Below, piece after piece: positions 9,307 through 17,975 of a stretch of 64,000 nt of DNA. Source of the DNA: an uncultured Pseudomonadota bacterium (lineage in GTDB: Bacteria > Pseudomonadota > Alphaproteobacteria > UBA9219); contig CAIPYM010000024.1 in NCBI GenBank assembly GCA_903869345.1, positions 3,703 to 67,702 of the forward strand, written 5' to 3'. The notes beneath the pieces were generated by a model, which worked only from the letters and a program-made list of their open reading frames with translations, was not told the DNA's origin and ran no database searches. The translations under genes were made by a program, and so were the position numbers. How positions within the stretch are numbered: position 1 is the first letter of the stretch; the number at the start of each line of letters is the position of its first letter.

Positions 9307-10170
9307 CTAACCGCCGTTGCCCCGGTTGGCAAAGGAGGTCAAAAGCTCGGCAAGCGCAGGGGCTTCGTCGGTCGCCATCATCCCGACGGCGTGGTAGCCC
9401 GCGTCCACGTGCAGCACCTCGCCCGTGACGCCCGCCCCAAGCCCGCTGAGCAGGTAAAGGGCGCTGTGCCCGACATCCAGCGTCGTGACGTTGCGCTTGA
9501 GCGGCGCGTTGATCTCGTTCCACCGCAAGATGTAGCGAAAATCGCCGATCCCGCTCGCGGCCAACGTCTTGATGGGCCCCGCCGACAGAGCGTTGACGCG
9601 GATCCCCTTGCCCCCGAGGTCAACGGCCAAGTAGCGCACGCTGGCTTCCAGCGCGGCTTTGGCCACGCCCATGACGTTGTAATGCGGCATCACGCGTTCG
9701 GCCCCGATGTAGCTCAGGGTCAGCAGGCTGCCGCCCTCGGACATGAGGGGCGCGGCGCGGCGGCACATGTCGGTGAACGAGAAGCACGAGATGTCCATCG
9801 TGCGTGCAAAGTTCTCCCGCGTCGTGTTCACGTACTCGCCGTCCAGCTCGTTCTTGTCGGAAAACGCGATGGCATGGACCACAAAGTCCAAACGGCCCCA
9901 TGTGTCGCCCAGGGTTTTGAAAAGGTCGTCCAAACTGGCCGGGTCCGTCACGTCGCACGGCAGGACCAGAGGCGCTTTCAGGGTCTCGGCCAACGGCAGA
10001 ACACGCCGACGGAGCGCCTCGCCCTGGTAGGTCAAGGCGATCTCGGCCCCGTGCGCGGCGGCGACTTGGGCGATGCCCCAAGCCAGCGATCGGTCGTTCG
10101 CAACGCCCGTGATCAGGCCGCGTTTCCCGGCCAAAAGAGAGCCCGTCAGGGGCGCAGCGTCATGGGTCAT
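9307..10170 (-). CDS. fabI: Enoyl-[acyl-carrier-protein] reductase (NADH)
   Basis: GKRGLITGVANDRSLAWGIA nucleotide-binding motif and SYIGAERVMPHYNVMGVAKAALEA catalytic Tyr/Lys region; ATG at 10170 (a TTG 18 nt upstream is also possible). Confidence 0.9.
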   Translation of the reverse strand: MTHDAAPLTGSLLAGKRGLITGVANDRSLAWGIAQVAAAHGAEIALTYQGEALRRRVLPLAETLKAPLVLPCDVTDPASLDDLFKTLGDTWGRLDFVVHAIAFSDKNELDGEYVNTTRENFARTMDISCFSFTDMCRRAAPLMSEGGSLLTLSYIGAERVMPHYNVMGVAKAALEASVRYLAVDLGGKGIRVNALSAGPIKTLAASGIGDFRYILRWNEINAPLKRNVTTLDVGHSALYLLSGLGAGVTGEVLHVDAGYHAVGMMATDEAPALAELLTSFANRGNGG

Positions 10171-10399
10171 GGATGTTGATCCCTGCAAAAAAGAACCCGC
10201 TTTCCCAAAGGGCGGGCGAGCGCACCTTACACGAGGCCCCAGGGTCTTTCCAGGCTGTTTGTTGCCGCTTGCGTCCGCGTCCCCTTGTGGGAGATTGTCA
10301 GGGGGAGGGTCGGGGTGGGGGGATCAGACAAAAAGGCTCGTCATGGCGAGGCTCCGCTCGCGATTGTCGGGGAAGAAGAAGGCAGAAAGGACTGAATCG

Positions 10400-11224
10400 A
10401 TGATCGCCCTTGTTGACAGTGGCGTTGCGAATCTGACCTCCGTGAGGCTGGCGCTGTTGCGCCTCGGGGCGGAGGTGACGGTTACGGCAGACCCGGACAT
10501 CGTGCGCGGCGCGAGTCACGTTGTGCTGCCGGGGGTTGGCTCGGCGGGGCCCGCGATGGCCAAACTGCGGGAACGCGGGTTGATTGAGGTCCTTCAGGGC
10601 CTCACGCAGCCGCTCCTCGGCATTTGCCTCGGCATGCAGTTGTTGTTCGAGGATTCGGAGGAGGGCGCAGCGGGGGGCGGCGCAACATGCGGGGCAGGAG
10701 TTTGCGCGGCGGCGTGTTCACCCCCTTCCGTCACCCCGGCAAAGGCCGGGGTCCAGAGGGGAAACTCCCTCGCGTTCGAAAAAGAGGCCCTGGATTCCGG
10801 CTTTCCCCGGAAGGGCACCGAGGAGATTTTTCACGAACCGTCCTCCCGGCGAAAGCCGGGATCCAGGGAAACGGACGGGGGGGCGGTTGGGAACAGGGGG
10901 ACACGGACCTGCCTTGGGCTGATCCCTGGGCGGGTGGAGCTCCTCCCCGCCGCGCCCGAAACCCCCGTGCCGCACATGGGGTGGAGCCGCCTGACGTTGG
11001 AGCGCCCGGACCATCCCCTGCTTCACGCCATCCCCGCCGACGGGTACGTTTACTTTGTCCACAGCTACGCCGTGGTTCCAGGCCCCTTCACGCTCGCGAC
11101 GGCCCACCACGGAGTCCCCTTCACCGCCATCGCCGGGCGCGACAACGTCATGGGCTGCCAGTTCCACCCCGAACGCTCCGGCCCCCTCGGAGCCCAGGTG
11201 CTGCGGAATTTTGTGGGGATGTAG
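10400..11224 (+). CDS. hisH: Imidazole glycerol phosphate synthase glutaminase subunit HisH carrying an in-frame insertion of about 75 aa derived from a family A repeat
   Basis: MIALVDSGVANL, catalytic GICLGMQLLFE and C-terminal CQFHPERSG are all in one frame; between EEG and GLIPGRV the frame reads through repeat-derived sequence (SVTPAKAGVQ...SFPRKGT...SSRRKPGSRE). Confidence 0.8.
   Translation: MIALVDSGVANLTSVRLALLRLGAEVTVTADPDIVRGASHVVLPGVGSAGPAMAKLRERGLIEVLQGLTQPLLGICLGMQLLFEDSEEGAAGGGATCGAGVCAAACSPPSVTPAKAGVQRGNSLAFEKEALDSGFPRKGTEEIFHEPSSRRKPGSRETDGGAVGNRGTRTCLGLIPGRVELLPAAPETPVPHMGWSRLTLERPDHPLLHAIPADGYVYFVHSYAVVPGPFTLATAHHGVPFTAIAGRDNVMGCQFHPERSGPLGAQVLRNFVGM
10728..10868. repeat. 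Family A palindromic element inserted inside the hisH coding sequence
   Basis: CGTCACCCCGGCAAAGGCCGGGGTCC ... TGGATTCCGGCTTTCCCCGGAAGG ... TCCTCCCGGCGAAAGCCGGGATCCAGG; same hairpin modules as intergenic copies. Confidence 0.7.
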
Positions 11225-11281
11225 GTCCAATTGTCCCCATCGTAAAAAACATTTGTTATTTGCATGAATTTCTGCTTCTAT

Positions 11282-11329
11282 ATCCTGCCGTGGACAATTT
11301 GCCACATCCTGCCGTGGACAATTTGCCAC
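11282..11329. repeat. Perfect tandem direct repeat 2 x 24 bp (ATCCTGCCGTGGACAATTTGCCAC)
   Basis: Read directly; lies in an AT-rich intergenic stretch 30 bp upstream of the ORF at 11359; iteron/operator-like. Confidence 0.8.
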
Positions 11330-11358
11330 ATTGGAGCGGGAACACAAAAGAAAAAGGG

Positions 11359-12066
11359 ATGAACATGCAAAATTCGTTTACACAACGAAACAGCCAGCGA
11401 CGTGATATCAGCATGCTGGCCGTTAGAAAAATGACGCTTTTCGAACAAAGCATCGTGCGTCTCGTGGAGTCCTTAGCAGCAAAAGGTTTAACCCCCATCG
11501 TGCGTGAACAGGCCCAGCCTGTTATAAACGATCCGAAGCACGCACTTCTCTTTCCTCACAGTCTGTCCCTCACAGGATGGACCGTTGGCTCAGGCCCCCA
11601 ATGTTCTTCGGAGACTCAACAAAACTGCGACTTTAGATTGCAACATTTTGCTACAAGAAATACTGGGCTTATGTCTTCTAGCACTCGAGGGCGTTGGGGG
11701 CAGTTTCTTGTCGTAAGTGTAATGGATGGTTTTGATGATCAAGGGCCTATGGGCCTACCGTACCCCCCAGATCGCAGCCAATCCAGACCTGCAAACGGAC
11801 ACCTCATCCTGCTTTCAACAAGACCTCCTGCAGACCATATACCGAAGAAGAGAACGCTTCACGAAGACCGGCGACCAGCGTCCGTGCGGGTTATACTGCC
11901 AACCGGACACGTCCACACTCTTCCGCATTCCCATCAATGGGGAAACCCGCAGACGTTGCCCGATCTCTTACTGGCGGCAAACGAAGTGTTGAAGCGAGCA
12001 CGCACTCAAAGTCTAGGGCACGCTTTAAATCGAAGGGAATTCTTGACTGAACTTGAGTTGATTTAA
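11359..12066 (+). CDS. Hypothetical protein in AT-rich islet; faint, frame-split GGDEF-like C-terminal signature (possibly a decayed gene)
   Basis: 235-aa ORF at about 45% GC against a 65% backbone; weak resemblance of RRPASVRVILPTG...LLLAANEVLKRARTQ to the GGDEF C-terminal half; no intact GG(D/E)EF motif. Confidence 0.35.
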   Translation: MNMQNSFTQRNSQRRDISMLAVRKMTLFEQSIVRLVESLAAKGLTPIVREQAQPVINDPKHALLFPHSLSLTGWTVGSGPQCSSETQQNCDFRLQHFATRNTGLMSSSTRGRWGQFLVVSVMDGFDDQGPMGLPYPPDRSQSRPANGHLILLSTRPPADHIPKKRTLHEDRRPASVRVILPTGHVHTLPHSHQWGNPQTLPDLLLAANEVLKRARTQSLGHALNRREFLTELELI

Positions 12067-12178
12067 AGCACGAGAACACAACAAGAAACATCTGTCTTCA
12101 GAACAGTCTCCCAACATCCCCGCCCGCATCTTTTATAAGCCCCCACTCCCCGCCTGTTTCGTGTAGAATGCCCGAGCC

Positions 12179-13042
12179 ATGACCTCTGCCTTGCCCCCCG
12201 CGTCCTCGGACGATCACCCCGCCCTGGCCCCTGCCCCGGACCCCTCGCGGGACCTGCCCACCGACGCCAAGGGGGAGCGCGTGGCCAAGCGTCTGGCGCG
12301 GGCGGGCGTGGCCTCTCGCCGGGAGATCGAGCGCATGATCGCCGACGGGCGCGTGAGCGTGGACGGTGAAATCCTCACCTCGCCCGCGCGGAACGTGACC
12401 GCCAGCAACCGCCTCGCGGTGGATGGCCAACCCGTTGGCGAGGCCGCGCCCGCGCGCCTCTGGCGGTTTCACAAAACCCGAGGCACGCTGACCACGAACC
12501 GCGACCCGCAAGGCCGTCCCACGATTTTCGACAAACTGCCTCCGGAGCTTCCGCGCGTCGTGACGATCGGGCGGCTGGATTTCACGACCGAGGGCCTTTT
12601 GCTGCTGACGAACGACGGGGGCGTGGCCCGCGCCCTGGAATTGCCGCAGAACGGCTGGCTTCGGCACTACCGCGCCCGTGCGCACGGCGACGTGGACCCC
12701 CGCAAACTCGCGGAGCTGGCCGAGGGCGTCACCGTCGAGGGCGTCCACTACGAACCCATCCGCGCCGTGCTGGAGCCTCAGCAAGCCGCCGGGACGAACC
12801 GGTGGATTTTCATCAGCCTGCGCGAAGGCAAGAACCGCGAAATCCGCAAAGTCATGCTGCACTTAAAGCTGGATGTGACGCGCCTGATCCGCATCGCGTT
12901 CGGACCCTTTCAGCTTGGCAAGCTCGCCCCCGGCGCGGTCGAGGAAGTCCCGCCCACCGTCGCGCGGTCGCTCTTGGGCCCCCTGATGGGCCCCACGCCC
13001 CACCAACAACGTGCCGACGCGAAAGCACGCGGGCGGACGTAG
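12179..13042 (+). CDS. Pseudouridine synthase, RsuA/RluB family (S4 domain plus catalytic domain)
   Basis: S4 motif RLAKRLARAGVASRREIERMIADGRVSVDG and catalytic GRLDFTTEGLLLLTNDG; disordered N-terminal extension. Confidence 0.85.
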   Translation: MTSALPPASSDDHPALAPAPDPSRDLPTDAKGERVAKRLARAGVASRREIERMIADGRVSVDGEILTSPARNVTASNRLAVDGQPVGEAAPARLWRFHKTRGTLTTNRDPQGRPTIFDKLPPELPRVVTIGRLDFTTEGLLLLTNDGGVARALELPQNGWLRHYRARAHGDVDPRKLAELAEGVTVEGVHYEPIRAVLEPQQAAGTNRWIFISLREGKNREIRKVMLHLKLDVTRLIRIAFGPFQLGKLAPGAVEEVPPTVARSLLGPLMGPTPHQQRADAKARGRT

Positions 13043-13057
13043 AGTCCCCCTCCCCTC

Positions 13058-13372
13058 TTACCGCACGACAAGGTCATCCTTGACATCTTTGACGCCGGGG
13101 ACATGACGGGCGATGCCGACGGCGCGGTGCTCATTCTTCCACGAGTCAACGAATCCGCTCAGTTGCACGGTGCCCTGCATCGTTTCCACGTTGACTTGAA
13201 GAACCTTGAGGTGGGGATCGCCGAGAATCTCGGATTTGACGCGGCTGGTGATGGTCGCATCGTCCACGTACTCGCCGGGGGTCTCACGGCCCTCGAACAT
13301 CGCGCACGAGGCGAGCGCAACCAAGAACACAGGAAGAATCAGAAACGAGGTGATCGTAGGACAGGGCTTCAT
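13058..13372 (-). CDS. BON-domain lipoprotein (OsmY-like)
   Basis: Lipobox LVALASC, then a BON domain (VKSEILGDPHLKVLQVNVETMQGTVQLSGFVDS). Confidence 0.75.
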   Translation of the reverse strand: MKPCPTITSFLILPVFLVALASCAMFEGRETPGEYVDDATITSRVKSEILGDPHLKVLQVNVETMQGTVQLSGFVDSWKNEHRAVGIARHVPGVKDVKDDLVVR

Positions 13373-13409
13373 GGTGGTTCTCCTTGAAGGTTAAAGGGGA
13401 AATGGACGC

Positions 13410-13658
13410 TTATTTTCCGAGATCAATTTGTTGATCGCTGGTGAGCGCTCCGGCGGCAGCGCCCACGGCGCCCCCGACAACGGCGCCACACGCCACGCAA
13501 CCTCCTGTCAGCAGAGTCCCTGCAACGCCGACGCCCGCTCCGATTCCGCCGCCACTCAGGGCCCGCTCACCGGTCCCATGGCCGCACGCGGCCAGAGACA
13601 GCGCCAACGCAAGTCCGAGAAGAAACGTTTTTGTCCGTTGAGATGAAGACGTTTTCAT
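13410..13658 (-). CDS. Glycine-zipper lipoprotein (OsmB / 17-kDa antigen-like)
   Basis: ATG at 13658 with GAGG RBS; lipobox LSLAAC; Gly-zipper GIGAGVGVAGTLLTGG...GAVVGGAVGAAAGAL. Confidence 0.6.
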   Translation of the reverse strand: MKTSSSQRTKTFLLGLALALSLAACGHGTGERALSGGGIGAGVGVAGTLLTGGCVACGAVVGGAVGAAAGALTSDQQIDLGK

Positions 13659-13687
13659 GGTCGTAACCTCCCGAATCGGCGTTCGTT

Positions 13688-13840
13688 TCAAACACGCCGG
13701 AGAATGATATAAATAACGAGAATGGCCAAAAGGACTCCAACGCCGCTGCTGGGGTAGTAGCCCCAGTGGATACTGTGCGGCCAGACCGGAACCGTTCCGA
13801 CAAGAAGCAGGGCGAGGATAATGGCAAGGACGAGAGTCAC
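13688..13840 (-). CDS. DUF3309-family small membrane protein (50 aa; below the 60-aa ORF track cutoff)
   Basis: Manual translation: VTLVLAIILALLLVGTVPVWPHSIHWGYYPSSGVGVLLAILVIYIILRRV; GTG start preceded by AAAAGGAGA; family hallmark (P.WP.S..WGY.PSGG flanked by two TM stretches). Confidence 0.55.
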   Translation of the reverse strand: MTLVLAIILALLLVGTVPVWPHSIHWGYYPSSGVGVLLAILVIYIILRRV

Positions 13841-14214
13841 AGGGAGTCTCCTTTTAAGCACATGAAAAGAACGTGGTTGAAGGAAGGCCTTTCGGCCCCC
13901 CTTCGCACGAAAGACTAGACCTTCTTGGTCGTGTCACAGGTTCCGGGTGTCGTTCCACATGCGGCCTTCTTGTCGGCATCATGCACAGGAGCCCCAGCCT
14001 TCATGTCCGGCTTGGGAGCATTGGTGTTCGACATCGGGGTTTGGGGGGTGGATTGAGTCATGGGACGAACCTTTCAAAGGGGGGCAAGGATTTGCCTCCG
14101 TCCAAGAGGTAGGTCTTTTAAAACCCTTTACAAGGGGCTCCTTCAATAAAAGGATAGTTATTCCTGAAACATCAATCACTTATATTTTAGTAGACCGTTC
14201 CGTTCTTGTTTGGA

Positions 14215-15474
14215 TTAACGATCTTCCCGTTCCACAAAATCGAGATCAACTCCATACGTCTCGCGGGTGCGCCAGAGGGCAAAAAGGGCGAGGACCAGGA
14301 TGACCGCGCCGACAATTCCGGCAGCATAGGCTGAGCCCGTGCTTTCCTTCAAATAACGAAAAGCGAGCAGAGCCGGGATAGCAATCCCGCGCATGAAGTT
14401 GGTGATCGACACTGTGGCCGTAGCCCGCAGGTTGGTGCCGAACTGTTCGGCAAGAGTCGTGGCATACACAGCCGAATAGCCGACCCCAAAACCGCAAAGC
14501 GCTACCAAACCGTAATAAAACGTCGTTCCTTGTCCCTTACCAAGCGTCAACAGCGTTCCAATCCCGAGAAGCGTGCAGAAAACCCCTGTCGCCATGACTT
14601 TGCGTCTGTTCTTGAACGTCAGGCTCATCGCCCCAAAGAAAACATCGCCCAATGAAATCGCCACGTAGTGAACGATCATCGTCGTTCCAACCGTCACGGT
14701 TCCAACAATGCCGATGTCGCGGGCAATTTCAGGCGAAAACGTATCGAACACACCCGTCACAAACCACACGGGCCAGCTCATAAAAACGCACAAAAAATAC
14801 CGTTTCAGGCGATCCTTGGAACGGAAAAGCAAAAGAAGGCTGCCCCGCGAAACGTGCTCGGCTTTTTTTAAAACCGTGAACATCATCGACTCGGCCACCG
14901 AGAGGCGAAGCACAAGAAGCGCGAGCCCCATCCCTCCCCCCACCAGGAAGGCCGTCTTCCAAAAAAACAGCGTACCCACGAGGCTCGCCGCCAAGCCTCC
15001 CAACATGCCGGAACAGGTAAGGATCATAATCCCGAGGCCCCGGCCATTGCGCGACATCAGCTCGGAAACGAGCGTGACGCACGCCCCCAGTTCACCGGCC
15101 AGCCCAAGCCCCGCAAAGAACCGACAGATGGCGTAGGTGGGTACATCCCCCACGAAGGCGTTCGCGATGGTCGCGAGGGAATAGAGCGCGATGGAGCCAA
15201 ACAGCGCCCGGACTCGACCGATTTTGTCTCCGAGAATCCCCCAGAGGAATCCGCCAATCAGCATGCCCACGAGCTGAACGTTGAGCAGAAAAACGCCCTC
15301 GTTCAGCAAAGATTCACCGCTCACGCCCAGGTTTTGCAAGCTGGGCACACGCAGAACACTGAACAGCATCATGTCGTAGATGTCGACGAAATACCCAAGC
15401 GCAGACACAAGAACGGCGAACAGAACCTTACGGTCTGAAGTCAGCTCTCGGAAGGCAGCAGCGAGAGTTGTCAT
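14215..15474 (-). CDS. MFS transporter
   Basis: 419 aa, 12 predicted TM helices, MFS loop motif GDKIGRVRAL. Confidence 0.85.
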   Translation of the reverse strand: MTTLAAAFRELTSDRKVLFAVLVSALGYFVDIYDMMLFSVLRVPSLQNLGVSGESLLNEGVFLLNVQLVGMLIGGFLWGILGDKIGRVRALFGSIALYSLATIANAFVGDVPTYAICRFFAGLGLAGELGACVTLVSELMSRNGRGLGIMILTCSGMLGGLAASLVGTLFFWKTAFLVGGGMGLALLVLRLSVAESMMFTVLKKAEHVSRGSLLLLFRSKDRLKRYFLCVFMSWPVWFVTGVFDTFSPEIARDIGIVGTVTVGTTMIVHYVAISLGDVFFGAMSLTFKNRRKVMATGVFCTLLGIGTLLTLGKGQGTTFYYGLVALCGFGVGYSAVYATTLAEQFGTNLRATATVSITNFMRGIAIPALLAFRYLKESTGSAYAAGIVGAVILVLALFALWRTRETYGVDLDFVEREDR

Positions 15475-15512
15475 GGGGATTCTCTGCGGAAGGCTGAAGA
15501 GAGACCCGACGC

Positions 15513-16322
15513 TTAGTCCGGTCGTTCGCCACTCTGACGAGGAGGCTGGCAGAGCGCTCGGCTTCCGCGCTCCCGAATGAACCCCAGGACATGCTGAACC
15601 GCTTGGGAATCCGGGTAGAGCCCCGCCGCGTCGTCCACGCGTTCGGCCAGGGTGCCCTCGTCGGAAAACAAGAGGCGGTAGACGGCCCGCAGAATGTGAA
15701 CGTCCTCCCGTCCAAATCCGCGCCGCTCCAGCCCCACGAGGTTCAACCCCGCAAGATGCGCCCGCTCGCCCTTCACAAGCCCGTAAGGGATCACGTCGTG
15801 CTCAACGCCCGACATGCCGCCGATCATCGCGTGGTCGCCGATGCGCACGAACTGGTGAACGGCGGACAGGCCCCCGAGAATGGCGTAATCGCCGATCGTC
15901 ACGTGCCCCGCCAGCGTCGCGTTGTTGGCCAGGATCACGTGGTCGCCCACCTGACAATCATGCGCGACATGGGCCCCGACCATGAACAAGCCATGGTCGC
16001 CCACCCGAGTCACCATGCCCCCGCCTTCGGTGCCGGGATTCATCGTGACGTGTTCGCGGATCTGGTTGTCCGCGCCGATGACCAGCCGGGAGGACTCGCC
16101 GTGGTATTTCAAATCCTGCGGCCGCTGGCCAAGCGAGGCGAAAGGATACACCGTCGTGCGGGCCCCGATCTCGGTCCGTCCGTCCACGACCACGTGCGCG
16201 ACGAGCCGGACCCCTTCACCCAGCGTGACGTTCTCGCCCACCACGCAATAGGGGCCGATGACAACCCCTTCGCCCAGGTGCGCGCCCGGATGGATGACGG
16301 CCGTGGCGTGAACGTCACCCAT
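15513..16322 (-). CDS. lpxA: Acyl-[ACP]--UDP-N-acetylglucosamine O-acyltransferase
   Basis: Start at [29 protein letters not shown]; left-handed beta-helix hexapeptide repeats and LpxA C-terminal helical domain; 8-bp overlap with fabZ. Confidence 0.9.
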   Translation of the reverse strand: MGDVHATAVIHPGAHLGEGVVIGPYCVVGENVTLGEGVRLVAHVVVDGRTEIGARTTVYPFASLGQRPQDLKYHGESSRLVIGADNQIREHVTMNPGTEGGGMVTRVGDHGLFMVGAHVAHDCQVGDHVILANNATLAGHVTIGDYAILGGLSAVHQFVRIGDHAMIGGMSGVEHDVIPYGLVKGERAHLAGLNLVGLERRGFGREDVHILRAVYRLLFSDEGTLAERVDDAAGLYPDSQAVQHVLGFIRERGSRALCQPPRQSGERPD

Positions 16323-16821
16323 GGGACAGCCGCGCCGCACGGTCGGGGTCGGGCACCAACATCGCCGTGTAAAGGGCTTCGGCGCACAAGCGATCACCCA
16401 CAAACGCCTCGCCACGGAACTTCCAGACCTCGCCACGTTGCCGCTCACGGTTGACGTGAATGCGCATTTGGTCGCCCGGCACAACAGGGTGACGGAACCG
16501 CGCACTGTCGATGCCCATGAAATAGACGACGTGCGAGGCGGCCGTCACGCCCTCCAGCGAGGCGACGACAAGCGTCGCCGAGGTCTGCGCCATGGCCTCG
16601 ATGATGAGCACCCCCGGCATGATGGGATGCCCCGGAAAATGCCCTTGAAAGAACGGCTCGTTGGCCGAGACGTTCTTGAGCCCCACGCAGCTTTCCCCGC
16701 GCACGATGTCCACGACGCGGTCAATGAGCAACATCGGGTAACGGTGCGGGATTCGCTCCATGATCCCGATGATGTCCAACGTTTCAAGCGGACGCGGAGC
16801 GGAAGGCGAATCGCTGGTCAT
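16315..16821 (-). CDS. fabZ: 3-hydroxyacyl-[ACP] dehydratase
   Basis: LPHRYP-type motif ([13 protein letters not shown]), catalytic [20 protein letters not shown]. Confidence 0.9.
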   Translation of the reverse strand: MTSDSPSAPRPLETLDIIGIMERIPHRYPMLLIDRVVDIVRGESCVGLKNVSANEPFFQGHFPGHPIMPGVLIIEAMAQTSATLVVASLEGVTAASHVVYFMGIDSARFRHPVVPGDQMRIHVNRERQRGEVWKFRGEAFVGDRLCAEALYTAMLVPDPDRAARLSHG

Positions 16822-16914
16822 GGGAAAAGAGCCCTTGGTTGTTACACGAACGAGTCTCTTCCTGCCCGGATTCGACGAAAGTTTCAACCGCCCCGTGTTG
16901 TGCAGGGTTGCCCC

Positions 16915-17730
16915 CTAGCGCACACGTCCCAAAACAGGCGTGCCCTTTTCGTACTTTTTCAGAATCGAGTCGATCACGCCCGTTGTCTGAAGCGTGAGGA
17001 TCGCCGTGTCCAGCACATGCAGAAGGGCGAGGTCCTTGGGGCCGACAGCAAAGCCATGGGGACGACTTTCTAAAACACCCGGCAAAAGAGGTTTGATTTT
17101 GTCCCCGTTGCTTTGGGCGTACATCGCCATAAGCAAGGGATCATGAATAATGGCATCGGCTTTTTTGTCCGCCACATCCACAAAAAGCTGGCCCGGTGGG
17201 GTCATGTTCGGCAGGTTGTATTCGTGGGCGTGAGGGAGATACAACCGCGTCACGAACTGAAAGGCTTCGCCATCCACCGTGGCGACCGTCACGCTGGGTT
17301 GGTTGATATCGGACAGCGCATGGAATCGCTGTTCATCCTTTCGACCGTACACCCGGTAGGGAACGTAAAAGAGCGGCGAGGTGAAGGCGGCCACGCGTGC
17401 ACGGGGCGGCGTGATGGTCAACGCGCCACAAAAGGCGTCGTAGCGCCCCGTTCGGAAGCCTTCGGCAAAGTCGGCAAAGCCAACCTCGGCCGCCCATTCG
17501 AGGGTCAGGTGGAGCGCTTTGGCAACCTCGTTCGCGATCTCAATCGAGAGCCCCGCCATCTCCCCTGTTTGGAGGTCCTTGTAGGCATAAGGTGCCGTCG
17601 TCACATACGCGCAGCGCAGCGTGTTCGTCCGCATGACGCGGTCATAGGCGGACTCGGGCTCCGCCGCATGAAGCGAGGTGCCCGCGAGCAGGAACAAAGA
17701 CAAACCCAGCACGAACAGGGACCGGAGCAT
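16915..17730 (-). CDS. ABC transporter substrate-binding protein, family 3 (polar amino acid type)
   Basis: Signal peptide plus SBP_bac_3-like layout (LRCAYVTTAPYAY...GEMAGLSIEIANEVAK). Confidence 0.8.
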   Translation of the reverse strand: MLRSLFVLGLSLFLLAGTSLHAAEPESAYDRVMRTNTLRCAYVTTAPYAYKDLQTGEMAGLSIEIANEVAKALHLTLEWAAEVGFADFAEGFRTGRYDAFCGALTITPPRARVAAFTSPLFYVPYRVYGRKDEQRFHALSDINQPSVTVATVDGEAFQFVTRLYLPHAHEYNLPNMTPPGQLFVDVADKKADAIIHDPLLMAMYAQSNGDKIKPLLPGVLESRPHGFAVGPKDLALLHVLDTAILTLQTTGVIDSILKKYEKGTPVLGRVR

Positions 17731-17975
17731 AGGAGACCTCCTTCAACGACCACGGGGGACCTTGGGCGCTCGCGCATCGGGTTGAATCGGAAGGTGCACG
17801 ATCACTTTGGCTTCCTTTCGCCTGTATAATCCGAGGGGTCGGAGGACAACAAGGCCTGTGCAATCTCCTTGTCGCGTCCCTTGTCGCTCGGACCACGCCT
17901 GTGGCACGTTGCCCCAACGACCTGGGACAGGAGAAAGTCCAGGCGTTCAACCTCTGACGATCAAGGCCAACGCTC

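Noticed and set aside
10073-10399. 5' extension of the hisH ORF
   Set aside because: It overlaps the fabI gene on the opposite strand and has no HisH homology. HisH begins at MIALVDSG (ATG 10400) with a GAAAGGA RBS.
10624-12066. 480-aa composite ORF spanning the hisH antisense frame, intergenic repeats and the AT-rich ORF
   Set aside because: It is a read-through of unrelated segments in one frame. Only the 3' part from ATG 11359 is considered a candidate gene.
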